DNA of 64,000 bases from assembly GCA_903831305.1 (NCBI GenBank), contig CAIKXE010000005.1, positions 11,288 through 75,287 on the forward strand. The letters are read 5' to 3'. Each line of letters opens with the position of its first letter. Positions within the stretch are counted from its first letter, which is position 1. The stretch comes from an uncultured bacterium. GTDB lineage: Bacteria > Patescibacteriota > Minisyncoccia > Phycocordibacterales > GWA1-40-21. The notes under the pieces were generated by a model, which did no database searches, was not told the origin of the DNA, and saw nothing but the letters and a program-made list of their open reading frames with translations. Positions 29,884 through 39,999 of this stretch are shown piece after piece. The translations under genes and the position numbers were made by a program.

Positions 29884-30288
29884 TTAGAGTTTGATAGGTT
29901 CACCTGGGACTTCAACTTTTGGAGTCTCGGTCTTGGCTTCCTCTAATTTAGCTTCAGCTTTAGGAGCCTCGGCGGCCTTCTTTTCTTCCTCAGTTAGTTC
30001 TTTCTTGATCGGTCTCTTCTTAGGTAAAGCATTGACCTTCTTACCGGTAATCACTTTCTTAGAAATCAATAAATTTCTCATAGTATCAGAGAGCTGAGCA
30101 CCCTTGGAAATCCAATACTTGATTCTCTCCGCATCCACGTTGCTATTATTTTTAGCTTTTCTAGTATCGTGGTTTCCTAATATTTCTAGGGCCTGACCGC
30201 TCTTGGTGCTTCTCTTAGAATCAACTAAAACCACACGAAAAGTGGGCTCATGGATTCTTCCGACACGTTGTAATCTGATCATTAACAT
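29884..30288 (-). CDS. rpsP: 30S ribosomal protein S16
   Basis: MLMIRLQRVGR..P.FRVV..DS; YWISKGAQLSDT. True start 30288, after TTGACT-17-TAGTAT. Confidence 0.95.
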   Translation of the reverse strand: MLMIRLQRVGRIHEPTFRVVLVDSKRSTKSGQALEILGNHDTRKAKNNSNVDAERIKYWISKGAQLSDTMRNLLISKKVITGKKVNALPKKRPIKKELTEEEKKAAEAPKAEAKLEEAKTETPKVEVPGEPIKL

Positions 30289-30377
30289 ACGGGCTATACT
30301 AAACGAAAACATTAAAATAGTCAACCCCAAACGACAAATAAATATACATTTAGCCCATTTTCTGCTACAATCAGTCA

Positions 30378-32354
30378 ATGCCCAACCGAAAAAAGCCGGT
30401 ATCTAACATGAAACCCAAAGCAGGCCCTAATAAAGCCATAACGGGTATTTTAAGCGTAAATGCCCGCGGAATAGGCTATTTGAAGTCTATAATCAAGGAT
30501 AAAGAAGATCTGGAAATCCAGAATAGTAATTTAAATACGGGACTAAACGGTGACACAGTGTTAGTACTTCCTCTACCCGGAAGAGGCGGTGAGAGACCGG
30601 CCGGAAAAGTGATCAGCGTGGAGAAAAGAGCCAAGCGCGCTTTTGCTGGGATTTTACAAAAAGAAAATGATACCTACTATCTATTACCCGATGATAAAAA
30701 AATGTATGCGGATATTGTGATTTCTAAAGATAATGTGATTGCCCAAAAAGCCGAGGTTGGCAAAAAAATTCTAGTCAAAATCAATCAGTGGAACAAGGGA
30801 GCGAATCCGGAAGGATCTATTGTCCAGGTGCTAGGCCAGGCCGGTGAGCATAATACGGAGATGGAATCTATCCTCTATGAAAAGGGTTTTGAGATAGGCT
30901 TTTCTGAACGGGTAGAAGCCGAGGCCCAAAAGCTGGAAAAAACTGAGAAGCCCATCCCTCAAGCGGAGATTGCCAAGAGGCGCGACTTTAGAAATACCAC
31001 CACCTTTACCATTGACCCCAAGGATGCTAAAGACTTTGATGATGCCATCTCCATAAAAAACTTGCCAAATGGTAACTTTGAGATTGGCGTGCATATTGCC
31101 GATGTGTCACATTATGTCCGGGAGCGCACCGCCCTTGATGATGAGGCAATCAAACGAGAATTCTCCGTCTATCTGGTGGACCGCACTATCCCCATGCTTC
31201 CGGAAGTCCTCTCTAATGATATTTGTAGCCTTAACCCCGGTGAAGAGAAGCTCACTTTTTCCGCCGTTTTTGAGATGACCATGAGTGGCAAAATAATCTC
31301 CCGCTGGTTTGGTAAGACGATTATAAAATCAGATAAGCGGTTTACTTATGAGCTGGCGCAAGAAGTACTAAATACTGGCAAGGGTGAATTTTTTGATAAT
31401 TTAAAGACTTTAGACACTATTGCTAAAAAGCTAAGAGCTGAAAAGACGATCAATGGTGCAATAGACTTTGAGCAAGATGAGATTGCTTTTGAACTAGATA
31501 AGACGGGCAAGCCGATCCGTATTTATAAAAAGCAGAGACTGGATACACATAAACTAGTAGAGGAATATATGCTTCATGCTAATAAGGAAGTAGCGGAATT
31601 TATCTATAAGGCTTATAAGCGGACAAATTCTGATAGTCCATTTATTTACCGTATTCATGATTTGCCTGATAATGAAAAGATCCAAGCTTTAAGTATTTTT
31701 GTTAAAGCCCTCGGTTATGAACTACCCATCAAAAAAGGTAAAGGTATAACCGCCCTAGATTTACAGAACTTATTTAAACAAATTGAGGGTAAAGCCGAAG
31801 AGTCCATGATTAAAACAGCGGCGGTGCGCTCTATGGCCAAAGCCATTTATTCTACAAAAAATATTGGTCACTTTGGACTAGCTTTTGAATTTTATACTCA
31901 CTTTACTTCCCCCATCAGACGGTATCCTGACCTCCTGGTGCACCGCCTACTCCAAAAGCATTTGAAGGATGAAAAGCTGCCCAAGAGCGAGTGGATTAAA
32001 TATGAAAAGATCTCTGCTCTAGCCACCGAGAAAGAAATCAAAGCGGCCGAAGCCGAGCGAGATTCTAAAAAATATAAGCAGATTGAATTTATGAAGGATA
32101 AGGTGGGTCAAGTGTTTGATGGTACTATCACCGGCGTCACCGAGTGGGGTATTTATGTGGAGGAAAAGGAAACCCGCGCTGAAGGGATGGTGAAGATCCG
32201 TGACTTGGGTAGTGACTATTATGTTTTAGATCAAAAAAACTATTGTGTGATAGGCCAGAAAACCAAAAAGAAATTTAGCCTAGGTGATCAAATCAAATTT
32301 AAAATCATTTCGGCTGATTTAGAAAAAAGAGCGATAGATTGTCTCCTAGTATAA
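30378..32354 (+). CDS. rnr: ribonuclease R
   Basis: TIDPKDAKDFDDA, HIADV, YTHFTSPIRRYPDL, C-terminal S1 domain. Confidence 0.95.
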   Translation: MPNRKKPVSNMKPKAGPNKAITGILSVNARGIGYLKSIIKDKEDLEIQNSNLNTGLNGDTVLVLPLPGRGGERPAGKVISVEKRAKRAFAGILQKENDTYYLLPDDKKMYADIVISKDNVIAQKAEVGKKILVKINQWNKGANPEGSIVQVLGQAGEHNTEMESILYEKGFEIGFSERVEAEAQKLEKTEKPIPQAEIAKRRDFRNTTTFTIDPKDAKDFDDAISIKNLPNGNFEIGVHIADVSHYVRERTALDDEAIKREFSVYLVDRTIPMLPEVLSNDICSLNPGEEKLTFSAVFEMTMSGKIISRWFGKTIIKSDKRFTYELAQEVLNTGKGEFFDNLKTLDTIAKKLRAEKTINGAIDFEQDEIAFELDKTGKPIRIYKKQRLDTHKLVEEYMLHANKEVAEFIYKAYKRTNSDSPFIYRIHDLPDNEKIQALSIFVKALGYELPIKKGKGITALDLQNLFKQIEGKAEESMIKTAAVRSMAKAIYSTKNIGHFGLAFEFYTHFTSPIRRYPDLLVHRLLQKHLKDEKLPKSEWIKYEKISALATEKEIKAAEAERDSKKYKQIEFMKDKVGQVFDGTITGVTEWGIYVEEKETRAEGMVKIRDLGSDYYVLDQKNYCVIGQKTKKKFSLGDQIKFKIISADLEKRAIDCLLV

Positions 32355-32473
32355 AACCAGATTAAAATATTGTGTTTGTGAGCCTCTCGGAAGACGACGG
32401 TCTGAGAGTGAGGGATTTTTTCAGCAGAAAAAATACCCGTGCTCAAAAAACATAATATTTTAATCTGGTTTTA
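32352..32473. repeat. long inverted-arm element with two-hairpin core
   Basis: ~32-bp arms taaaaccagattaaaatattgtg../..cataatattttaatctggtttta. Confidence 0.8.
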
Positions 32474-32479
32474 ATTAAA

Positions 32480-32731
32480 CTACTTAATTTCAAACACTTT
32501 TTGTTTAGACGTCTGGCCGGAGACCAAAGTAATCCGGCTGATTGAAGTATTAAAATACTCAGCCAAGGCGCGTATTATGGCTTCATTGGCCTTACCAGCC
32601 ACTGGGGCCTCCTTGACTGACACCTTATAAATCACTAGTTCAGTCTGGCCAATGGAAAGCAGGGTGGGCTGACTTATGCGTTCCACCTTATTTTCCCGCG
32701 CTTTGGTTTTAGCTTTAACAATTATCTTCAC
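32480..32731 (-). CDS. DUF167 (YggU) family protein
   Basis: V.EAPVAGKANEAI..LAEYF...I.LVSGQTSKQK. Confidence 0.9.
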   Translation of the reverse strand: MKIIVKAKTKARENKVERISQPTLLSIGQTELVIYKVSVKEAPVAGKANEAIIRALAEYFNTSISRITLVSGQTSKQKVFEIK

Positions 32732-32743
32732 AAAAATAGTGTA

Positions 32744-34000
32744 TCATAAAAATAGCAGATTACGATCCAGATCATCATGGTCAGTTCCCTTGCCTTTCTT
32801 TTTTAGTGCCTTTTGAGTGGAGGCTAAATAAACTACTCGTTTGCCAAATTTCTCTTCTAAACTATCCAGCTGTTTGTGAATCAGCTCAAATTTATTTGCC
32901 TTTATGTCACTTCCAAATAAATCTCCTTGAGATACTTCACTAGAAATAAGCTCCCCCAGAGTCACCCCGGTAGTCCGGTACTGAATTCCCGCTTGATGCA
33001 TCTCTGATAAATAAGCCTTGGCTAGGGGGATAATTATCTCTGGAGCAGAAGTTGGGCCACTTAAAGTAAGCTGACATTTATAATATTTAAAATTTTGACT
33101 TTTAAGAAAAAAGAAAACTTTTTTGGGGACCAGGTGATAATGCCTGGCTTTAATACAGGCTTCCTCAATATTTTTTGATAATTGTGACAAAAGAAAAACC
33201 GGATCATTGGTAGGTGGGTAAAAAGTCCTCGTTTTTTGGATAGAAGAATATACGGTTTTAGGAACGGAATCTATTTTTGACATATACTCCCCTTGCAGTT
33301 CCCGCCACATCTCCTCATACGGCCGAGACAAGTTATATTTCACCCAAGCCAAATCCTTGTTTATAAAATCTAGAGCTGTTTGAATACCTCTTTTCTGTAA
33401 AAACTCCGCCGTCTTGGGGCCAATACCCCAGATTTTGCCAATAGGTGTTTTAGTCAAAAAAACTGGAATAGTTTCCATATTAATCACAGTTAGTCCGTTC
33501 GGCTTTTGCCACTTGGAAGCGACCTTGGCCAGGACTTTGGTCGGAGCTAGGCCAATGGACACTGATAAATTTAATTCATCACTTATTTCTTTTTTAATTC
33601 GCTCGGCAATCTGCCGGTAAGTCATCCGCAAGGGTGGCTCAAGCCCCGTCAGATCAGCAAAGCATTCATCAATACTGTATTCCTCCACCTCATCCGCATA
33701 CCGCCGAACAATCTCAAACATCATTGCTGAATAGTGAGCATAAGCCTGATAGTCACCGGGTAAAACTATTACCTGGGGAAAATCTTTCTTTATTCGATAG
33801 ATGGGCATACCGCGGATAATACCAATAGCTTTAGCCTCATAGGAAAGCGCCGAGACAATCCCGCGTTCTTCCCCGGTCACCACTGGTTTGCCTTTCAGTT
33901 TGGGATTTTTAGCCATCTCCACGCCCACAAAAAAAGCATCACCATCCATGTGAAAAATAGTTTTGGTTTTTATTATTTTAGTCTGACCGGATTCATTCAT
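32744..34000 (-). CDS. dinB: Y-family DNA polymerase IV
   Basis: HMDGDAFF, SYEAK, YSIDE, LAKVAS..KPNG, WGIG. Confidence 0.92.
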   Translation of the reverse strand: MNESGQTKIIKTKTIFHMDGDAFFVGVEMAKNPKLKGKPVVTGEERGIVSALSYEAKAIGIIRGMPIYRIKKDFPQVIVLPGDYQAYAHYSAMMFEIVRRYADEVEEYSIDECFADLTGLEPPLRMTYRQIAERIKKEISDELNLSVSIGLAPTKVLAKVASKWQKPNGLTVINMETIPVFLTKTPIGKIWGIGPKTAEFLQKRGIQTALDFINKDLAWVKYNLSRPYEEMWRELQGEYMSKIDSVPKTVYSSIQKTRTFYPPTNDPVFLLSQLSKNIEEACIKARHYHLVPKKVFFFLKSQNFKYYKCQLTLSGPTSAPEIIIPLAKAYLSEMHQAGIQYRTTGVTLGELISSEVSQGDLFGSDIKANKFELIHKQLDSLEEKFGKRVVYLASTQKALKKKGKGTDHDDLDRNLLFL

Positions 34001-34018
34001 CCAGACATTATACTACAA

Positions 34019-34036
34019 AGTGAACGAATGTTCACT
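34019..34036. promoter_or_regulatory. putative LexA (SOS) box
   Basis: AGTGAAC-GAAT-GTTCACT contains GAAC-N4-GTTC and covers the dinB -35 region. Confidence 0.75.
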
Positions 34037-34043
34037 AGGAGTT

Positions 34044-34589
34044 CTAAATAGCGGACTCACCTTCAAAATCTTTGACCCATTCACCGATCTCATTGTTTTT
34101 AATATCATAATGCACCCAAACACTTCTTCCAACGGACGGTGGTGTAGTCATAGGCTCAAGCGCCTTGCGCTCAGCAAAATTATATACCGCTCGACCGGCT
34201 TGAATTTCTAGGGTCTGTGGGGCAATACGGTCACCAAGAAGCATAGTGTTTGTTACCTGATAGGAACCATTATTATTTATCACTAATACGCCATAGTAAA
34301 AAGTACCGCTACCACCGGGTGTATAAGCTAACCATAAAGCGGCATCATTAGCCTTACCATCAGCATTCAGATCTCCATAAACCGGCTCACCAAATATAGA
34401 TAAGGTGCTACTACTCAGGGCCAGTTCCTCGGTGCCAATGGTGTAAATCATACTACGCACATCTGGAGCGTTCTGACCAGGAATAATATCGCCACCATCA
34501 GTAAAATTAAAACGGTAAAAGCCAGCCACCGCAATAACTAAAACAACCAAAATTACCCCACCCAAAACCCCCAGGATTATTTTTTTCAT
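34044..34589 (-). CDS. exported hypothetical protein
   Basis: N-terminal TM helix; GDLNADG..., GGSGTFYY, LLGDRI. Confidence 0.75.
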   Translation of the reverse strand: MKKIILGVLGGVILVVLVIAVAGFYRFNFTDGGDIIPGQNAPDVRSMIYTIGTEELALSSSTLSIFGEPVYGDLNADGKANDAALWLAYTPGGSGTFYYGVLVINNNGSYQVTNTMLLGDRIAPQTLEIQAGRAVYNFAERKALEPMTTPPSVGRSVWVHYDIKNNEIGEWVKDFEGESAI

Positions 34590-34624
34590 ACGCATATTAT
34601 ACCACAAAATTTGATGAAAAAAAT

Positions 34625-36892
34625 TTATTTAGCTACCTGAACCGCTTCGTCAAACTGAATGGAGAGAAGCTTGGAAATACCGTCCATCCCCATGGTCACA
34701 CCATAGATGATGCCAGCTCGAGACATAGTCTCCCGATTATGGGTCACTAAAATCAGCTGTGAATATTTTGACAGCTCAGTAATCATATCACCATACTTTT
34801 TAGAGTTTGCTTCATCTAAAGCGGCATCCGTCTCATCTAGAATAATAAATGGCGGTGGGTTCACTTGTGACATAGCAAAGAGTAGAGCAATAGAAGTCAG
34901 AGCGCGTTCACCACCAGAAAGCATCATCAAGCCCTTGATCTTTTTCTTCGGCAAATTTACTTCAATATCAATTCCCTCTTCAGAAACTTCCTCCGCCTGA
35001 GTCTGATCAAAAGATTCGTCACCCAATTCTCCAACTTCTAACCCTGACAAATCTGTATCTCTTCTTTTCTTCTTTACTTCTCTAATCACAGAGAGCTTGG
35101 CTGTCCCACCGCCAAACATCTTACTAAAAAACTCTTGAAATTGCGTATTGATCTTCTCCACACCGATCTTAAACTCGGTCGTCAACTTATCATCAAGCTC
35201 CTTGATCAGAGCCTGCAAGGACACCGATGATGCACCCAAATCCACGAGCTCTTTCTCCAGAAAAGTATCGCGCTCACTGGCGTCACGGTATTCACGGAGC
35301 ACTTCATCAGAGGAACCAATACCCGCATCCTCAATCCTAATCTTTAGTCTCTCAATATTCTTACGGCGTTCTTCCTGATTTCCCCTTTCCTCGGGCATCA
35401 TTTCTAGTAGCAACTCTTTGTAACGCACTGCTTCCACCCCTACGAGCACTCCCGCCTCCGTGAGCTCCTGCTTAAAATTATTCTCGTCAGTAGTGAGTCT
35501 CTCCTCTCTGTTTTGCAAACCGGCCAGTTTAGTGTTGATTTCATTCTGCTCGGCCATAATTCTAAAAACCGCCTTCTCCGCATCACGATTAGAATCTTTT
35601 TCCTTTTCAATTTCTTCTTTGACTGAATTATACTTGGCGGTGAATTCGCTTTCTTTATTTTTAATATCAATCAATTCTTTCTCTACTTCTTCTTTGCGAA
35701 CACGAAGGGTGGCCATCTCTTGCTCGGTCTCTTTATGAGAATCATCCACCGCAGGAGCTTTATTTTCATTTATAAAATTAAGCAGGATACCCTTGATTTT
35801 ATTTAAAGTATTTTTTATTAATGACAAATCACTACTATTAGAACTAGCCTCAATCTCCTGAGAAACCAGACCAATCATGCTTTCCACGGTACTTAAATCC
35901 ACCTTTTTAGCCTCCACCGAGGTAGCGGCCTGCATCTGCTTTTTATATTGCCTATCCAAATAGCTGATCTCTCCCTCAATCCGGCCGATCTCCCGTACGA
36001 GTAAATCCTTGGATAACCTGGTCTCTCGTAACTCACTCTCCAAACGCATTATTTCATCACTTTTAACGTCCTTGCTCTCACTTCGGCTCAGGATCTCTTT
36101 AGCCTGCTTGAGCTCTTGCTCTAGACGAGCTAGCTCGGCCAAAGGCACCCGCTTTTCCTCCACTAATCTGGCCTTCTCTGCTTTGATATAGTCATCCTCA
36201 CGTTTAAAATATTCCAAATAAAAGTTCTTGAGCTGTTCCCGCATCTCAATGGTCTTCTCAATCTTCTCAACTTGTTTCTTTAGGAATTTTAAATGTGGGG
36301 CAATCTCTCGGCGCAGAGACTCTACTTGTTTTATATTTTCTTCCGTCTTAACGAGCTTACGCTGACTATCTTCCTTTTTATAATGATAGATTTTAAGACC
36401 TAAAGCATCTTCTATCATCTCTCGCCTTTCCTTGATATTGGCATTGAGGATCTTATCCGCCTCTCCTTGAGAGATAATATGATGGCCAGAAGCGCCAATA
36501 TGAGCCGAGGCTAAGAGCTCAATAATATCCTTCAGACGAACAGCTGATCCATTAATAAAATACTCACTGACAGAATCACGGTGAATCACGCGCTCTAAAG
36601 ACACCTCATCAAAATCCAAGTTAAAAATCCGGCGAGTATTATCAAACACCACCTTGGCCGAGGCGCGGTTGGCCCGGGCAGCGTCTTTACCACCGTTAAA
36701 AATCAGATCCTCTACCCTTTTGCCACGGAGAGACTTGATAGACTGCTCACCAAGGACAAAGCGAAAAGCCTCCGCCACATTGCTTTTACCAGAACCGTTT
36801 GGGCCGACGATAGAGGAAATAGGGGTATTAAAATTTAAAACGCTTTTTTTAGCGAAGGATTTAAAACCAGCCAGTTCAATACTCTTTAGCAT
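34625..36892 (-). CDS. smc: chromosome segregation SMC-family ATPase, short form
   Basis: GFKSF, GPNGSGKSN, IISQG, LSGGE, ILDETDAALD, VTHN; next to rnc. Confidence 0.9.
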   Translation of the reverse strand: MLKSIELAGFKSFAKKSVLNFNTPISSIVGPNGSGKSNVAEAFRFVLGEQSIKSLRGKRVEDLIFNGGKDAARANRASAKVVFDNTRRIFNLDFDEVSLERVIHRDSVSEYFINGSAVRLKDIIELLASAHIGASGHHIISQGEADKILNANIKERREMIEDALGLKIYHYKKEDSQRKLVKTEENIKQVESLRREIAPHLKFLKKQVEKIEKTIEMREQLKNFYLEYFKREDDYIKAEKARLVEEKRVPLAELARLEQELKQAKEILSRSESKDVKSDEIMRLESELRETRLSKDLLVREIGRIEGEISYLDRQYKKQMQAATSVEAKKVDLSTVESMIGLVSQEIEASSNSSDLSLIKNTLNKIKGILLNFINENKAPAVDDSHKETEQEMATLRVRKEEVEKELIDIKNKESEFTAKYNSVKEEIEKEKDSNRDAEKAVFRIMAEQNEINTKLAGLQNREERLTTDENNFKQELTEAGVLVGVEAVRYKELLLEMMPEERGNQEERRKNIERLKIRIEDAGIGSSDEVLREYRDASERDTFLEKELVDLGASSVSLQALIKELDDKLTTEFKIGVEKINTQFQEFFSKMFGGGTAKLSVIREVKKKRRDTDLSGLEVGELGDESFDQTQAEEVSEEGIDIEVNLPKKKIKGLMMLSGGERALTSIALLFAMSQVNPPPFIILDETDAALDEANSKKYGDMITELSKYSQLILVTHNRETMSRAGIIYGVTMGMDGISKLLSIQFDEAVQVAK

Positions 36893-36913
36893 CCATCTAT
36901 TCTAACAGATATT

Positions 36914-37228
36914 TTAATTATTCTCTAGTAGCTCATCCACAAATCTTGCAATATCATTATTTGGAGTATCAAGCTCCATCTCTGACTCAATATAGCCTTC
37001 ACCCCCTAGGGTACTGCCAATAAGCATATGCCAAAATACTAATCTTGCTGGGTTGATATTGTACGTTTTACTAATCATTGTACCAAGTTCAAAAATCTTA
37101 CTAATATCAGACTCATGTTTTTCCAGTGTTAGGAGATCCTTACCAAGCATATTATGATAGGTTTTAACCTTTTCCGTAATTTGAGAGATTTGTTCTATTC
37201 TTGAATTTGATTCTTTTATTTTTTCCAT
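36914..37228 (-). CDS. hypothetical protein
   Basis: 104-aa ORF filling the rnc-smc gap. Confidence 0.6.
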   Translation of the reverse strand: MEKIKESNSRIEQISQITEKVKTYHNMLGKDLLTLEKHESDISKIFELGTMISKTYNINPARLVFWHMLIGSTLGGEGYIESEMELDTPNNDIARFVDELLENN

Positions 37229-37237
37229 TGCCTTAAA

Positions 37238-37945
37238 TTATAACCACTTTTTAAATTCCAAAGCTTTTCTAGCGGCCACTTGCTCGGCCTCTTGCTTGGA
37301 CATACCCTCGCCCTCGGCTACTAATCTATCACCCAAATATACTCCGACAGTAAAACGTTTATCATGATCCGGTCCCTCCTCCTTGAGACTCTTATACTGT
37401 GGGGTAAGGCTTTCCTCCTCTTGGGCTTTTTCCTGGAACTGACTCTTGGCATCTATCCAGCTTTTATCCTCCACTATCTTATCTATCAAATGAAACAAAT
37501 TCTTAGAAATAAAATATTTAGACAGGTCATATCCCTGATCCAGATAGATAGCGCCGATGATGGCTTCCATAGTATTAGCTAAAATATACTGACGGGCCTT
37601 GCCGGTATCCTTAGCCTCACCCTTGGATAAAAGCAAGAAATCATTTACATTTATTTTTTGCGCGGCTTCTGACAGGGTAATGGCGTTCACCAGCGAGGCG
37701 CGGTAAGCCGTCAGATCTCCTTCATTACTATCTGGATACTTTTCAAACAAATATTCCGTCACCAGAAGCTCGAGCACAGCGTCCCCCAGAAACTCTAACC
37801 GCTCATTATGTGATGCCTCCATCCCCCGGTTCTCATTTAAATATGACCGGTGAGTAAAGGCGCGACGAAGTAACTCTTTATTCTTAAAGGTGACACCAGA
37901 AATCTCTTCAAATTTGGCAAAATCGGGAACAGACTTTTTCATCAT
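37238..37945 (-). CDS. rnc: ribonuclease III
   Basis: HNERLEFLGDAVL and dsRBD. Confidence 0.97.
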   Translation of the reverse strand: MMKKSVPDFAKFEEISGVTFKNKELLRRAFTHRSYLNENRGMEASHNERLEFLGDAVLELLVTEYLFEKYPDSNEGDLTAYRASLVNAITLSEAAQKINVNDFLLLSKGEAKDTGKARQYILANTMEAIIGAIYLDQGYDLSKYFISKNLFHLIDKIVEDKSWIDAKSQFQEKAQEEESLTPQYKSLKEEGPDHDKRFTVGVYLGDRLVAEGEGMSKQEAEQVAARKALEFKKWL

Positions 37946-37948
37946 AAA

Positions 37949-38860
37949 TTATTGCTTTTGTGATATAAGGGTAACAGCTTTGGTAATAAAAGGCAATATA
38001 TCACCATAAGTCTTCAAATCAGCGAGCTCGGTCAATTTGAACCAGCGGGCATCATCCAAGCCACCACTATCCTTTTCCAATACCAGATCCTGATAAGGGG
38101 CCTTGGCCAAAAAATATACCACTTGCTTACGTAACTTGCCTTTTTCCGGATTATTGGCCACGTACTCATTACGACCTATCTCATCTAGCACCTCTACCTC
38201 CAGGCCGATCTCCTCTTTAATCTCCCTCCTGGTTCCTTCTATTTCACTTTCACCCGCTTCAAGCCCACCTTTAGACAGAGTCCAATAACCAAAAATATCA
38301 TGGACGAGAGCCAAGTAAAAGTTACCATCACTCTCCGCATAGACCACGCCACCGCCAAGCTTTTCCACCGGCATCTCTTCATATGGAATATCCACTATTA
38401 CTTTTTTCTTTTTCTTGGAAACGGCATTCTTATCTGGCTCACCGAGCTCTTTGTAGACCGAGCCTAGGACACCGTTTACAAACTTACTGCTTTTCTCACC
38501 ACCATAGTTTTTAGACAGCTCAATAGCCTCATTGATAGCCACCTTGGCTGGCACCTCAGCTGAATCAGAAAAAAGAAGCTCAAAAAGGCCGATACGCAAA
38601 ATATTTCTATCAATCATGGAGATCTTGTTGAGCGGCCAGTCTGGAGCGGCTTTGACAATCACTAGATCCAGCTCACTTTTTTTACTTAAAACACCTTGGA
38701 GGAGAGTCCGCACAAAAGCCAAATCCACGACATCATTGGCAAACTCTAAAGCATTACGCTCAATGATTTCCTCCGGAACCTCTAACTCAGAATACTCTCG
38801 AAAATCAAGTTCGAAGAGTGACTGAAGGACTATGGATCTTGCAATGTGCCTATTTGCCAT
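37949..38860 (-). CDS. nusB: NusB fused to a C-terminal Nudix domain
   Basis: DRNILRIG, VAINEAIEL.K.YG, FVNGVL; then KGGLEAGE...RREIKEEIG. Confidence 0.92.
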   Translation of the reverse strand: MANRHIARSIVLQSLFELDFREYSELEVPEEIIERNALEFANDVVDLAFVRTLLQGVLSKKSELDLVIVKAAPDWPLNKISMIDRNILRIGLFELLFSDSAEVPAKVAINEAIELSKNYGGEKSSKFVNGVLGSVYKELGEPDKNAVSKKKKKVIVDIPYEEMPVEKLGGGVVYAESDGNFYLALVHDIFGYWTLSKGGLEAGESEIEGTRREIKEEIGLEVEVLDEIGRNEYVANNPEKGKLRKQVVYFLAKAPYQDLVLEKDSGGLDDARWFKLTELADLKTYGDILPFITKAVTLISQKQ

Positions 38861-38985
38861 TTAAATAACTTTAAATTATTAACTGGTACTAGTATACACC
38901 AAATAAAGTTGCGAAGCAAACCACCTAATTAAATAATCCGGGCTTTATTTCTATTAAAAAATCTCACAATAGGCTGTGAGATCTT

Positions 38986-39216
38986 TTATTTAGCTTCGGC
39001 TTTGGACTGCGCTTTGAGTTTCTTCTCTTTCTTGACGGTTTTAGCCAGGACATCCACCACCACTCGGCCGTTATACTTACCACAATTAGCACAGACTTTA
39101 TGACTGATCCTCTTAGCTTTACAATCTGGGCAGACGGAAAGAGTCTGAGCAGTCAGAGCGTGATGTGATCTGGTCATTCCCACTCGGGAACGATTATGTC
39201 TCATATGATTTACCAT
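38986..39216 (-). CDS. rpmF: 50S ribosomal protein L32
   Basis: RSHHAL...CPDC...HKVCANCGKYNGR. Confidence 0.93.
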   Translation of the reverse strand: MVNHMRHNRSRVGMTRSHHALTAQTLSVCPDCKAKRISHKVCANCGKYNGRVVVDVLAKTVKKEKKLKAQSKAEAK

Positions 39217-39296
39217 GGCTGATATATTAGCCTATTTATTAAAAAAAAGCAAGACAAAAAAACAAGAGCCACCGCGCGGGCGGTGGCTCAGACAAA

Positions 39297-39818
39297 CTAG
39301 TAGGCCAAAGAAAGGCAGTCACTGACCAAGGCCGGGAAGGCCTTATAGAAGTCCCCGCCGGTGGCCTTGTCCGTCGCCATATCCACGATGATATGACCCA
39401 GAGCCGTGAGCTGAGCCGGATACAGGTCCAAGACAAACTCCTCAAGCGGGACCCAATCACAGACCAGACTATCGCTTTTACTTAGGCCGTGGCCGAGCTT
39501 CACCGTCTCCTTGGGAAACTGCCCGGGGTCAGGCAGGCTTACCCTAAGAACGAGGTAGAAATACCGCTGGTGCCCACCGTGGAGGATCACCTGGTGACAA
39601 AGCCTGGACTCCAGGATGGTCGCCCCAGACTTAAGGGCCACTTCTCGCTGTAGAGTCTCCTTGGGTACTTCCCCTCGGCCATGCCTACCACAGATGGAAT
39701 TACCTCCCAAAAACCGGTAATTCGCATAGCGGTGACTGTAGAGGCAGAGCACCTTCATCTGACTCAGGTCCTCCTCCGGCCAATCATGGATCAACCCTGC
39801 CGCATAAAAATCAGACAT
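39297..39818 (-). CDS. degenerate Nudix-like protein
   Basis: FLGG..GE.PKETLQREV...G; paralogous to 40000-40572; own TTGACA-17-TAAGTT promoter. Confidence 0.65.
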   Translation of the reverse strand: MSDFYAAGLIHDWPEEDLSQMKVLCLYSHRYANYRFLGGNSICGRHGRGEVPKETLQREVALKSGATILESRLCHQVILHGGHQRYFYLVLRVSLPDPGQFPKETVKLGHGLSKSDSLVCDWVPLEEFVLDLYPAQLTALGHIIVDMATDKATGGDFYKAFPALVSDCLSLAY

Positions 39819-39999
39819 TACATCCTTCCTTTCACTTTACCACTTCTTTAAACTGATTTCTCTCCGGAAACCATTACTCTTATCTGTTATTAACTTATAT
39901 TTTTACCTCCTTTTTGTCAATAATTTAGCAAGTTTAAACCGGCCGCTGCTACAGTGTAGTGCGCGCCGGTTTGTGGGTTCATGTGTCGTTTCGTTTGTC

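Noticed and set aside
30289-30378. N-terminal extension of S16
   Set aside because: Covers the divergent rpsP/rnr promoters; the conserved S16 start is at 30288.
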